Assembly: GCF_032191835.1 (NCBI RefSeq)
Contig: NC_083227.1
Coordinates: 108,872,001-108,936,000, forward strand
Length of the DNA: 64,000 nucleotides
Source of the DNA: Heteronotia binoei
Taxonomy: Eukaryota
Direction: 5' to 3'
Made by a program: the position numbers and the translations under genes. This document shows, one piece after another, positions 12,095-24,239 of this stretch. Within the stretch, counting starts at the first letter, position 1. Each line of letters begins with the position of its first letter. The notes beneath the pieces were generated by a model. The model did not search any database. It was given only the letters and a program-made list of their open reading frames with translations, and had not been told where the DNA came from.

Positions 12095-12312
12095 GGCTAG
12101 AATGAACACACATGTGAAGTTGGCTTATACTTAGTCAGACCCTTGGTCCATCAAAGTCAGTATAGTCTGTTCTGACTGGAAGTGACTCTCCAGGGTCTCA
12201 GACAGAGAGATCTTTCACATCACCTCCTACCTGATCTGTCTAACTGGAGATGCTGTGGATTGAACCTGGAACCTTCTTCATGCAAAGCAGAGGCTCTTCC
12301 ACTGAGCCACAC
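12095..12312 (-). mobile_element. tRNA-derived SINE with CR1-like tail (Squam2-like)
   Basis: Reverse strand gtggctcagtggaagagc...ccaggttcaatcc head and gatggaccaagggtctgactaagtataag tail. Related copies at about 34715-34920 (+) and 47563-47770 (+). Confidence 0.7.
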
Positions 12313-13326
12313 AGACCCTCCCCAACAGGGGTAATAGGCTTGGATTGAAATTAAGAGAAAGCAGTGGGTTAACTGATGCCATTAGTTCTGAGATTGCAAT
12401 GAAACTATATTTCTTATGGGACAAAGACTCTCTCCCTTTGTCTTCCAAGTTGTTTCCAGGTCATCATTTAGTGAGCCTCCACCCCTCTATTTCTAGCACT
12501 TTCTTTTCTTTTCTCAAGGCTTTTCTTTTTCCTCTTGAGATAACAGTTGTTGCTGGGCCCCAAACCTGGAATATGCCTCTGGGCCTGACAAAGGCACAGG
12601 GTGAGACTCAAATGTACACAGAGGGGGGCCAGGCTCTACCTCCTTTTTTTACTACAAGACAGATGGGTTGCAGCAGGTGGGTGGTGTGAGTTACCAAAGG
12701 CCACTTTCTTGGTATTTCTGCCACCACCTCTCAATTATAAGAGCACTCAATTGTAAGAGTCCAGAGGTCTCTTCTGTACACTTGAGGATTGAAGGATCGA
12801 CACTCACCCCTTTTAGTGAACCTAACTAAGCACCAAACTACACATTCACATTCTTAAAGAGCTGAGTTTGGATTTCCCAGCAGCTGCTTTTAGAGAATGA
12901 AGGAGGGGCTAAATGGGCTTGGAATACTGCCGTGGGGGTGGAAGTGCTTCTGCTTCCCCCCAAAATCCTTTCCCCATACCAAAACAGAGCTGGAGATGAG
13001 TTGTCTCCTCATATTTTATTGCTCATTGTGGAGTATTCTGGGCACATGAAGCAGCATCAGTGAGAAAATACACACACACAGTGCTGTTTCTGCGGAGGAA
13101 AACAGCTTGTAGGGTGGGAAGGCACTGGCAGGAGTCTTTCCTTCCCCTGTGATGGCATTCCAAGACAGTTTGGGCCCTCCTTTTTAAAAAAAAAAAAACA
13201 CCCCACCCATTTCCTGCAGCTGTTGTGTGGCACCTGGATCCAGGTCTTGAAAAACCTGAATGTGTCGTTTGACCCTTTGTCAGGCATGGTATGGTACAGA
13301 AATAAGACTTCCAGTATTCAGATTGC

Positions 13327-13543
13327 AAGGTGTGTTGTAGAGGTCTCTAGGAGCTGGGAGACCCAGGTTTGAAGCCCCACTTTGCCATGGAAGTTTGCTG
13401 GGTGACTTTGGGCCAATCACATGCTCACAGCCTAACTTACCTCACAGGGAAGTTGCACGCATAAAGTGGAGGAAAGAAGAATTATGTAAGCTGCCTTGGG
13501 TCTCCATTGGAGAAAAAGATAGTATATAAATGAAGGGAATAAA
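13327..13543 (+). mobile_element. Older MIR-like/Squam3-like SINE
   Basis: cccaggtttgaagcccc B box, gggtgactttgggcca, cctcacaggg core. Similar decayed copies at about 7205-7410 (-), 11495-11700 (+), 28700-28900 (+), 33905-34125 (-) and 37715-37885 (+). Confidence 0.7.
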
Positions 13544-14195
13544 TAGGCTTCATTTCTTTGTAGGAAACTCTATCTACCTGGTAGGTGCATGTAATGTACA
13601 CACACATCTGCTTTGCTGTATGTGCACTACATGGGAACCTGCCATCAACCTGGGGTTGGCACATGGCTAAACAGATGAATGAGCGTTCATCACATATGAT
13701 GATTGTGTATGTACAAGTTTGTGTGATCCATGTATGAAGTACAGCATGAAGAAAAACAGCACCATGACATCTTAAAACCTCATTTGATTGACAGTTGTTC
13801 AATGCAGCAATCTGGTTATGGGCACTGCTTTCCATTCTTAGTCTCCAACCTTCTTTGTAAACATTGGTGCCCTGCAGTAGTTTAAAGCAACCTACATAAG
13901 AAACTGAATTGCCCCTTCCTACAGCATCATGAAAGATCTCCCATCCACATGCTGGCCAGGCAAGTCTCTTACCAGCTTAACTGACCAGTCTGAAAAGAGC
14001 ATTGTTTCTATCTGGTGACATGTCTTTAGAAAGAACACTGATTTTCTTCCTCTCTCCTATAGCACTGAAATCAGTGTTGTAATGTTTCTAGGGAATTATA
14101 TTTTCCTTGAACAGGAAGAGCAGTAGAAAGACAAAAGGATCATATGAGTCTTCTGAAGCTGGGCATCTAAGCTCTGGCTGCATATTTCCCTACAG

Positions 14196-14285
14196 ATAGA
14201 CTTGGTCTCCACGATTGGTGAGAGTTCTGCCCTGGGGGCAGCTGGTGCTATCTTCTGGGGAGATGCTGACTACACCAAAAGTCGG
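14196..14285 (+). CDS. HYAL2: Hyaluronidase-2, coding exon 2 (90 nt, IDLVSTIGESSALGAAGAIFWGDADYTKSR)
   Basis: Acceptor tttccctacag| and donor CGG|gtatgt. It is the 30-codon phase 0-0 exon typical of HYAL genes, with the GES...GAAG..W motif. Too short to be in the ORF track. Confidence 0.95.
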
Positions 14286-15412
14286 GTATGTATAACCTTC
14301 ATTTTGCCCACTCGATTCTTATGCAGAGATGAGCATAGGCCATGCTGATTTCCATGGATCCTTTAATCTAACAAGTTTCCTCTTTCCTTATCAAGACCTT
14401 AGTGAGACTTTTCCAGCTCATTCTTTTTAACAACTAGAAGTTTTCTAAACAGACTCTTGGAAAGTAGATGGTGTGCTATGAAGCTGGTTGGGGGGTGGGG
14501 GAGGAATCATCAGTGTGTGGGTGGAAGAGGCACATGTAGGCATAATCTGGATGCAGTGACTTCCTGTTCTTGGAAGGGTTATTTTTTTAGTCTTCATTGT
14601 TCTTTTGCTTGCAGAGGAGCAAGGGAAGAAGGAGGATCTCTGTTAGTTCTGCTTAAGGTGTTAAACTGAATTTGTTCCCATTCTGAGCCCAGTGTCAGGG
14701 ACACCAGACTATCATCAGGGAGGTGCAGGGTTAGAATAACGCGGTTACTGGCATGGATTCACAGCTAGAATCCCTTGTTGCCAGGTGATTTGTGCAGGGT
14801 TTATTGGAAGCAGGATAACTGGACTCTCTGATTGGCATTTTGTGGAAGCTCCCTGCAAGATGTGAAACAGCAATAGAGACCTGCAAGGCAACTGAAGATC
14901 TTTGAGCTAAAATGTGTTCTTAGTGAAGCAGCTTCAATAAGAAAATACACCCTCCCCTCCCAGTGCTATTTCTGCAGAGGAAAACAACTTGTGGGGTGGG
15001 AAGGCACTGGCAGGAGTCTTTCTTTCCGCCTATGATGGCATTCCAAGATTGTTTGGGCCCTCCTTTATTTAAAAAACCCCCAACCATTTCCTGTAGCTGC
15101 TGTGTGGCACCAGCTAAAATGACTTCTAAGCTAAGTAGTGCTTCTCTGTTACTGGACAGGAAAGCAAAGAATAGAGGCTAAGGCAGAAATCCTGGGCAAA
15201 CTTATTTGAGAAGAAGTCTCATTGAGATCAATGAGGTTTGGGCATACCCTAGATCTCACTTTCATTGGCTCCTTATTATGGTAGCATACGAAGAAACTTT
15301 TCCACCCCTTTCGACTATGCCATTGGTGTGCTACAGCTGCCAGTCTGCTCTTTCATCAGTTCAATATGTCCCCTCCTCCCTCCTTATTCATTTTGTATTG
15401 TCTCTTCCACAG

Positions 15413-15805
15413 GAAACCTGCCAGGTCATTAAAAATTACCTAGAGAATGATCTTGGTCCTTATATCATCAATGTGACAACAGCAGCTGAACTCTGCAGCC
15501 AGACTTTGTGCAACAGTCATGGGCGTTGCCTGCGCCAGGTCAGCAATTCCAGCGTTTACCTGCACCTCAACCCAAACAGCTTCCAGATTCATCACAATGA
15601 AGACAACAAGCTTGTGGCTGAAGGAAAGCTTTCTCAGGCTGACACTGCCTTCCTACGGACCCACTTCCTATGCCACTGTTACCAGGGCTGGCATGGAGAA
15701 GGATGTGAGGGGCAGCTGAACCCTCTAGGTGGTGGCCCCTGCCTTTGCAGTAATCTGGGACTCCAGTTGCTCACAATGCTCTCTCTTCTGGCCTTCTTGC
15801 ATTAG
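15413..15805 (+). CDS. HYAL2: Hyaluronidase-2, last coding exon (EGF-like domain plus hydrophobic GPI-anchor-type C-terminus)
   Basis: Acceptor tctcttccacag|GAAACC. ETCQ...YIINVTTAAELCSQTLCNSHGRC...FLCHCYQGWHGEGC, then the hydrophobic tail LGLQLLTMLSLLAFLH-stop. Spliced total 469 aa. Confidence 0.95.
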   Translation, partial: ETCQVIKNYLENDLGPYIINVTTAAELCSQTLCNSHGRCLRQVSNSSVYLHLNPNSFQIHHNEDNKLVAEGKLSQADTAFLRTHFLCHCYQGWHGEGCEGQLNPLGGGPCLCSNLGLQLLTMLSLLAFLH

Positions 15806-17627
15806 GCTGCCTCTAACTGAAACCTCCGGGCTGCAAACTAGTTCCTGGAGCATAGGGTGAGAGAAGGGTTTGTGATAGGCAGTGAGGGTAGCCAGAAAGG
15901 AAGAAATAGGAGCCACCAGCCTCTCTTTTATATCTTATTTAGCAGTGATGTAGCAGATCTCCTATTTAAGTGACTGTCCTACCTCTCCCGTCTTGCCACT
16001 GGCCCTTGAAGTGGCAAAAGGAAAAGAACCCTTCTCCCCACTAATTTTTTCGTTCTGTTCTACTGAAAGAGAGAACAGTGTTAGGGACTGGCAGAGGTAG
16101 GAGACTGGCATGAGATGTGGCCTGCGTTTCCTGCTGCTGATGTGGTAACCTCTGCTGCCCCTAGTCTTGGGTTTTCTGAAGGTACCACCACAATAAGAGT
16201 GCCTTGGGTTAGCTGCCCAAAAGAAAGCAGGACTTGGAGGGCAGCAGGTGGGAAGGAACAAAGTGCCTGCATTTGAGATTGGTTTTAGGCTTTGCTGCCA
16301 GGACTAGGAAGGGAGTGCTTGGCTCTTCTGTTGTAAGGAGGAGGAGGGCATAGTTAGTTATAAGGCAGGAGTCCTAGAGCATACTTAGGCCTAGAAAGAA
16401 GTATGGTGGGTTTGGTGGAGCTGCTGTAGTGAAGAAAAGTTGCTGCTGTGTGGAGTGTCTAAGAGTTTCCCTTTGGGGTAGAGAAGGGGAGGATTGCTGT
16501 TCAGTCACTGGGGATTATTCTGGAGAGTCATATGAGCTGTGATGGGACATATGCTTTGCCGAAGGTGGGGTGGGCTGGATAATATTCCCAGCTGATGTTA
16601 CCAGGGATTGGGAATGTGGTGCCTGTCTTTATGTGACTGGTGCTGAGTCAGTGCTCTGAATATTGCAGGAAAAACCAAAAAGTTTTACCTCAGAATTAAA
16701 GATACATGAGAGAACAGTTGGTGTCTTGCGTTGTGTGCCTGATAATTGCCCTGAGGGTTCCTCTTTCATCTAGAGTGCTAGAGCTGGAGGTTCTGACTTT
16801 AAGCAACATTTGCCTTCATACCACAGTAACATTTTGACATTTCCTTCCCTTTGAGAGGGAAGGACATTTCCTTTCCTGACTCTTCCAGTCTCAAGTGTGT
16901 TTCCAGAAACTGGAGACCAAATAAAAGTAGGAGTAGCTCCCTCTTTCCCCTCACCCAGGTTCCGCTGTTTACAGAGATGCCATCTCCTGCATGGCCTTCA
17001 GCTTACTCTCTGTAGCCCTTCCCTCCTGGAAAAGGAAGCAGCTGTTGCTTTGCCAGCAACTCCTGCTTCTTGTAATTCAGTCAATGAGTGTTGGTTGGCA
17101 TGTCCAAGCTGTTGCCAAAGCAAAAAACTCCGATAAGTTCAATTGAGTGTCTTTGCTGTCACCAGGCTTGTGGCAGAGGAAGGCTAAACAGAGGGATCAT
17201 TCACCTTTTTACTCTCTGCTGATGTTTTTCAATTTGCCCAGTGCTACGAGAACAATCCTAAGCAAGTCTACTCAGAATCTTACTTGGGTCTCTTAAATGG
17301 TTTTTAGTCTTAGGTTCAAGTTCACTTTAAAAAAAAAAAACGTTTATGCTGCATTTCTTCTTTGAAGGACTTGCTTTGTTCTTTCAGTTGAGACACATTT
17401 AGGAATGCGTTTGTTTCAGTTGGCTGCAGGTTTCTGAACAGATACTGGTTTGGTGATTTCCAAATATTGCAGCAAAGTCTGGGGGTTTATAGAAGTCCAG
17501 CTTGAAGCTTTATCTGAGGTTCTGAAGCAAGTGTGGTGTTCCCTAATGGGGCTACTATGGAAGAGTGAATGCTTAAGCAGGAGAAAGCTATGCTGGCTGC
17601 TTCATATGCCTCAGAATGCGGAGCTGC

Positions 17628-17633
17628 AATAAA
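17628..17633 (+). terminator. Candidate HYAL2 polyadenylation signal
   Basis: AATAAA followed by a GU/U-rich tract (gtctgtggttttcctgt). An alternative AATAAA lies at 16920. Confidence 0.35.
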
Positions 17634-20310
17634 GTCTGTGGTTTTCCTGTCCTCCTTAAAGCCCATGATCATTGTCACTGAGGATATAGGAAACTCTATT
17701 GGCCCTAGCTGACCTAAAGGTTTATTCTAGGCAGTGCAGTCACCAGCAGCCATTTTTATGTTCTCAGCCAGAATTGTATACAGTCTGGCTGCCAAATGCT
17801 ACAGATGGAACATATACGTTGAGCCCCTGAGCTGTAGTGCTCCTTAGCCCATTCTGTGGCAATGCACTGGGTCATATGTGATTCTGTATCAAGGATTTAT
17901 CAAAACAAACTCATTGTATGAAGGAGAGAGGGGTGCTTCACAAATCCATTGCTGTTGCCTGGGATGGGAGTATGCTGCAGAAGAAACAGCAGGGTGCTTT
18001 TTGAAACCCTCTTGTTTCTTCATCTAAGAGGGGTCTCTGATAGCAAGGACTAATCCTTAGCACCAGGTAGAGGTGGCTTGAGGCCATGTTCTGTGCTCTA
18101 GGGCTGCTAGTGAACAAGGTAGGAATGAACATTAAATATTCTTCATGAGCTCTCCTGAATAAACTAAAAAGAGAAAACAGTCCACTGCTCCATGAACGAC
18201 TCTGGTCCTTAAATATTGTACACAATAAGAGAAAGTTCTGGCTATGGAAGAAAGCATTTGTCTCTCAACTTGGATGTGGCTGCTACTGCTCCACAATACA
18301 GCACAATTCACTGTAGAAATTCAGAAAAATAGTAACAAGTAATATGAGCCATTTAAAACACCAGAGCTTCAGGAATGTGCGTGTCTTTGCTTCTACAGTA
18401 GAAGAGTTCCTAAGCTAGCCAAGGCCAACACAGGGCGCTTTTGTTAAAGACTGTCTCTGTTTTTTCCTGTTTTGCCTTTTTAAGATATATAGCCCATGGC
18501 CACTTAGGAGGGTGTTCAAAAGTGTATAAGAGAGGCATAAAGATACTTATGTAAAAAGAAAGGTACTAGGACCTTTCAAAATCTTAAACAGTTTGAATGA
18601 CTGGACCAGTTAAGCCTCTCTGTATGGTGATGTTGGGAAAAGGATAGCAGATCTGTAATAGTAGCTGATAGCAGGAAGTCCAAGAGCAAAATTCAGGCAA
18701 TGGGTGACTGCTGTGTGGCTTCCCAGTACTAGATTCCTCTCTGCCTTGAGGGTGGGGAGCAGCTGTGCTGTCCTTTTATTCCCCCTGCCTCACAGCTTGC
18801 TGAAGCTAGAAGTTCAAGTCTGCTCAGATAAGACAGTTGGGAGAGAGCCTGAGGATGTTATGTTTTTAGGCAAATTTAATTATTGTCTCCTGGCCTCTCT
18901 GGTCAAATATGGGCTGGCTTAATTCCCCTGACCTGAAAACCAAGAATGCAAGATTTTTCCACTGCTAGTTTTTAAAACAAACCTCCCTTTAATAACTTCT
19001 ATTGTACCAGGGTCAGTGTTGATTCAGGGGATGGTATGATCCATGGCTCCTCTCCATCCTTTAGGAGAGCACCACCTAGTGCCATGAGAAGAGCCAACAA
19101 ATCAAAATCTAGTGCTTTCTCATTAGGAGGATAGTGAGTTCGCCAAGTGTCATCGTATCAACGTGCTGGTATTACTAGTATCTGGCAACAGCCACAGATC
19201 ATGCAGGCCTGTGCCAGATGTGTTTGAGTCCCCTACTTATATTGCAGCCCTTTGATGATCTGATGGTGGTGTGGCACAATGCCATGGCTTCTTTCCTCTT
19301 AAACTTTTTCCCAGGAGTAGGCACATGTTGTTGGGGGGTTTTCCCACTCACTTTTAGGTGCAAAGCCTTTCAGAGTATCTTGGGCTCAAGGGAAAGGGTT
19401 TTTTGCACACATTTCCATATATTCAAGACAGTAAAGTAAAAGAGTTCCCCTGTTTTATTCTCTCTTTGGTCACACTGATTGCATGGTTACCGCTCTCTGA
19501 GTCTGGAGTCTGCTTTGTACTGTCAAGTTCCATCTCTGGTTTGCCGTCACACGGTACTTTACTAGAGTCTGCCTTTGTTTAAGGCCACACCAGCTCCAGC
19601 AGGAGGACCTTTTAAAAATACTATTTCTGAAAGAGAACTTTCAGAAGCCCTGTGAAATTCTTGGAAGCATGGTATGAATGCTTAAAACGCTTTAAAGAAC
19701 ACATTGTAAGGACCAGCTAGCCTGCTTTGCATAGTCCAAATCTCACTATTTTAGATTTGTAGGTCAAGATTAGCTATTGCTTCTGCTTTGGTACTCATAA
19801 TCACTAGCATGAATTAGAGTTCTTGCTCTATTCACAGGCATGCATTGAAAAAGTAACAAAACTTCACTGTTACCACTCTTTAGCTACCCTGGCTTTGAAA
19901 GAAGAGCTGTATTTACATAGTTACCAAGAAAGCATGGTGGTCAGCCAGAGGACTAAAGTACTGAAACAAACAAAAGTATCCTTAAATGGTTATGAAATTT
20001 CCATTCCAGATGAAACACAGAATTCATCTTTGTGACAGGGATATGCCACTTATTCTGTCTGCATGGGACAGGCTCAGGCCATCAGCATTTGCCAAGTAAA
20101 GTATTATCTCCGTATATGGTACTAAACCTGTTACAGAGATGGCAGAGGGAGTCTACATAGTTCTGAAGCAAAGCACCTGGTTTGTACAGTCTCAGATTAC
20201 ATCCCAGCACCTCCAGTTTAAAAGATGTCCAGATGCCCTGGAAAACCACTGGGCAAGATAGTTCAATTCTCTGACTGTGTATAAGGCAAATAATATATTC
20301 ATATGGGAGG

Positions 20311-20970
20311 TAGGGTTGCCAAGTCCAATTCAAGAAATATCTGGGGACTTTGGGGGTGGAGCCAGGAGACATTGGGGTGGAGCCAGGAACAAGGGTGTGA
20401 CAAGCATAATTGAACTCCAAGGGAGTTCTGGCCATCACATTTAAAGGGACAGCACACCTTTTTAAATGTCTTCCTTCCATAGGAAATAATGAAGGATGGG
20501 GCACCTTCTTTTGGGGCTCATAGAATTGGATCCCCTGGTCCAATCGTTTTGAAACTTGGCAGGTACTTTGGGGAGAGGCACTAGATATTATACTGAAAAA
20601 TTGGTGCCTCTACCTCAAAAAACAGCTCCCCCAGAGCCCCTGAAACCTTCAGATCAATTCCCCATTATACCCTATGAGAATCGATTTCCACATAGGGAAA
20701 AATGAAATGCTCAGCAGACGTTTCCCTCCCCCCCCCCACCACCCCATTTCTGGCGACTCTGAAGCGAGGGATTGGCTTCTCTACTCATGAGTTGCTGCCA
20801 ACTTCATTAAAGTAACACAGACACGCCATCCCAAGAGAAAGCCTTTCAATCGGAGACTAAAGCCTCCGGAGGTGGAAAGGCACATGGTCCTCTGGGGGCA
20901 GGGCTTCCCCCCACTGGCCAGCTGACTGGGGGCAAGAACCCCCGTTGGGACCTGGGGATTGGCAAGCCTA
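20311..20970 (+). mobile_element. Non-autonomous hAT DNA transposon, TAGGGTTGCCA-TIR family
   Basis: TIRs tagggttgcca / tggcaagccta. Perfect 8-bp TSD ATGGGAGG (20303-20310, 20971-20978). Confidence 0.92.
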
Positions 20971-21117
20971 ATGGGAGGGGAAAGGTACGCATTCTAGGCT
21001 GGATTATTACTATCTTTTCCCTTACAATTTCAGACAGGACTTTAAGGACATAATAAGCTGCAATGAGTCTCTACACTAAGCATATCCTGACCAGGCAAAG
21101 TGGTGATCCCTGAGTTG

Positions 21118-21275
21118 GTGCTTTGGGGGGGGCACAGAGGGAGGGCTTCTAGTGTCCTGACCCCACTGGTGGACCTCCTGATAGCTCCTGGGTTTTTTGG
21201 CCACTGTGTAACACAGAGCGTTGGACTGGATGGGCCATTGGCCTGATCTAACATGGCTTCTCTTATGTTCTTATG
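21118..21275 (+). mobile_element. CR1 3' UTR fragment
   Basis: ttggactggatgggccattggcctgatctaacatggcttctcttatgttcttatg terminus. Confidence 0.85.
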
Positions 21276-23175
21276 ACTTTTATTTACATTATTATTTTCT
21301 TCTCATCAAAATATTACCTAGTAGTTCCCAGTAGTTATGAGCAACCTCTTGACCATAATATCATGGACCCTACTACTAGTGCTTCCAGAGCAATTTTATC
21401 ACCTACTCATGTTAGTAATCATGGCCCAATAAGATCAGATCATTACATTTTCACAATTGATGGGTAGCATGAGAGGTTCTGTACTGAACATGAGATGTAG
21501 TTTTCATTTTAAAACTGACTGATGCATAATGTCACTGATACAGCTTTTAATTTTTTTCTTCAACTCTGCTATTTATTAAATAAGTATATGACTACATCTC
21601 CAGTGTTCAAGCACTAAGCATATCCTGACCAGGCAAAGTGGTGATCCCTGAGTTGAAGATTTTTTTATGGCATGTTGAGAAGGTTTTGTTTACATAACAC
21701 AAATGCTTTAAGTAACATTCTAGAAATGCAATGTAGTTTTTAGGAAAAAACCACTAAGAACACAGCCCTGAATTTTCAGTCCACCAAATCAAGTACAGGT
21801 TGGCCGAGGGTGTGTTTTTAAGTTTGAGTGGAAAGACTATAGAACCCCCAGGTTCTGTAGCAGAGATGTGGGGGAGGGAGGGAGGGAAAGAAGGAAAGAC
21901 AGGATCCCTCCCTCCCTCCGAAGGCTCTGTCCTTCCTACTTTCTCTCATCTGACATGCAAAAGACCAGCTATATGATTCATGATGATTTTCTGCATCAAG
22001 CTGATGGAGGTGGGTCTCATGTTGGGTTTTCTGTAGCCACAGTAAAAACACTTGAGGCAAACCCCTGAAGATGGCTCTTAGGTAGTCATTGGGAAGAAAG
22101 ATGCAGAAAATATGTACTTTGCTGGGTTTGTGCCATGCCAGATGAGTTGCTGCCACTTTTGTAAATAATGCTGAAAAGTAGGCTGGGCTGAGGCCGGAGG
22201 TGAGAGCTGGTCAGCTGGTGGGCAGCTTCTGGCAGTTTATTAACTAGCTGAAGAATGAATTCCTTGTCTGCAGCACAGAGAGAGAAAGAGAGCGAGGAGA
22301 AGCCCTGGGATGTAGGATATGAGGGGGGAGGATGTTAGATGCTGAGAAAGGGCAAAAGAAGAGGATTTGTGGGCAAACAGCAAGGTAAGCCATTATATTC
22401 CCTGCTAACATCATATGCTGAAACACCATAGGAGAGAGAGGTTTTCAGGCACAAGACAAACATTTATTAAATAAAATGTGGATGATGAACTGTACATTAT
22501 TAACTAACCTCAGGCACAGGCAGGCTTGGCCTATTTTTTTTTTTTAAATCAACTAATTTCTATTTCGTTTACAAAAGGCATAGCCTGGAAAGAGGAATTT
22601 GAGCATTGCAAGTGGGGAAGGAGGTACTTGTAGGCTACCAGAGGAGAGGGAGGGGTTTCTAGTTCCCTCACGGTAGGAGGTCCTCATTGTGGTCCTTTGC
22701 CAAGCCTGACTTTCCTACAGCACGTGCTTTGGCCTTTCCCTGTGCCCTGCTGGCAACCCCACACTGCTGCCTTTTCATTCACCAGGTATTGGCAAGGCCC
22801 AAATTTAATTTGCCTGAACTGTCTTCCAGCCAGCAGAGCATGGATATCTGTCAACAACTTTGCCCTGTTTTATCATGAGCAGCCATTTTTGCCATGCGGA
22901 CCTAGAGAACTAGATAAGAATGTTCACTTATTTGCTCTGTTTCTAAATGTCTGTCTTTGAAAATTCTCACTCTTCTCTAAGGCTAAATGATCGTTCAAAT
23001 AACCACTGGCTTTTGTGGAAATTTGGAAAATCATGTGATCAAACAGCTAGCTTGGGCACAAAAATACTGCTTCTTCAGGGGCAGACTGAGGGGGAAGAAA
23101 AGGACCTCAGACTGCTCAGGTTCTGTTTCCCAAAAGAGGGAGTGAAAGAAGTGACTGGCAAAGGTACCTGGGCAA

Positions 23176-23670
23176 GGTGAGGTCAGGCAGACAGAGCAGC
23201 CCGGTCCTGTCCCGTAGTGAGGCATCCCTATCTCTAGCTGGGCGAGATGAAGCTGGGTAGAGCAGCCCAGTCCTATTCCTTGCCACGGAAGATGAAACTG
23301 GGTGGGGTGGCATCTCTGGGAGAGGTGAAGCTGGGCAGGACAGCCCCATTCCTCATGACAGTGAGACTAGGCCAGCAGCTCTCTCCCCCATGGCAGTGTG
23401 GCTGAGCCAGGCAGCACCTTCCTGTCCCTTACCAGGCGAGGTCCCATCCTTTGGGCAAGAGAAGGCCAAGTGCTTATATCCTGTCCTTTGCTGGCCAAGG
23501 CAAAACCAGGCAGTGTGGTCCCATCCTTTCCCTCACAGGCAAGGTGAGTCTGGGCAAGGCAGCCCTTTCCCATCTCTTGTTGTGGTAAGGCTAGGAAGCT
23601 TCTCCCTTCCCCACAGTGAGGCTGACCAGGGTAGCCCTGTCCCCCTGCTGGGTGAAGCAGCTCTGTCCCT
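23176..23670. repeat. Degenerate GC-rich minisatellite (motif of about 30 bp, variable spacers)
   Basis: About 8-9 variants of GGTGAGGCTGGGCAGGGCAGCCCTGTCCC, for example at 23176, 23246, 23324, 23360, 23543, 23615 and 23651. Confidence 0.65.
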
Positions 23671-23735
23671 TACTGGAGTGCATACCCCACTTTTTGGGGT
23701 TGGGTAGCCCCTGGAGTGGGGGCAGGCCAGCCCAC

Positions 23736-24239
23736 TAGGGTTGCAAAGTCCAATTTAAGAAATATCTGGGGACTTTGGGGGTGGAGCCAGGAGACATTAG
23801 GGGTGGAGCCAAGATCAAGGCTGTGACAAGCATAATTGAACTCCAAAGGGAGTTCTGGCCATCACATTTAAAGGGACGGCTTTTCAATGCCTTCCTTCCA
23901 TAGGAAATAATGAAGGATAGGGGCACCTTCTTTTGGAGCTCACAGAATTGGACTCCCTGGTCCAATCGTTTTGAAACTTGGGGAATATTTTGGGGAGAGG
24001 CACTAGATGCTGTACTGAAAATTTGGTGCCTCTACCTCAAAAAACAGCCCCCCCCCGAGCCCCAGATACCCGCGGATTAATTCTCCATGATTTTCTATGG
24101 GAATAAATCTCCATAGGGAATAACAGAGTTCCCAGCAGACATTTCCCTCCCCTCCCCCTGCTTTCTGACGACCCTGAAGCAGCGGGAGGGCCTCCAAACC
24201 AGGGGATCCCCTGCCCCCACCTGGGGATTGGCAACCCTA
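23736..24239 (+). mobile_element. Non-autonomous hAT, same family
   Basis: TIRs tagggttgcaa / tggcaacccta. Perfect 8-bp TSD CAGCCCAC (23728-23735, 24240-24247). Internal sequence shared with the 20311 copy. Confidence 0.92.

Noticed and set aside
16079-16745. Solo LTR in the HYAL2 3' region; 11-bp repeat GAGAGAACAGT at 16069 and 16708
   Set aside because: A TG start and an ATTAAA are suggestive, but there is no CA end or 4-6-bp TSD. An 11-mer match at this range is plausible by chance.
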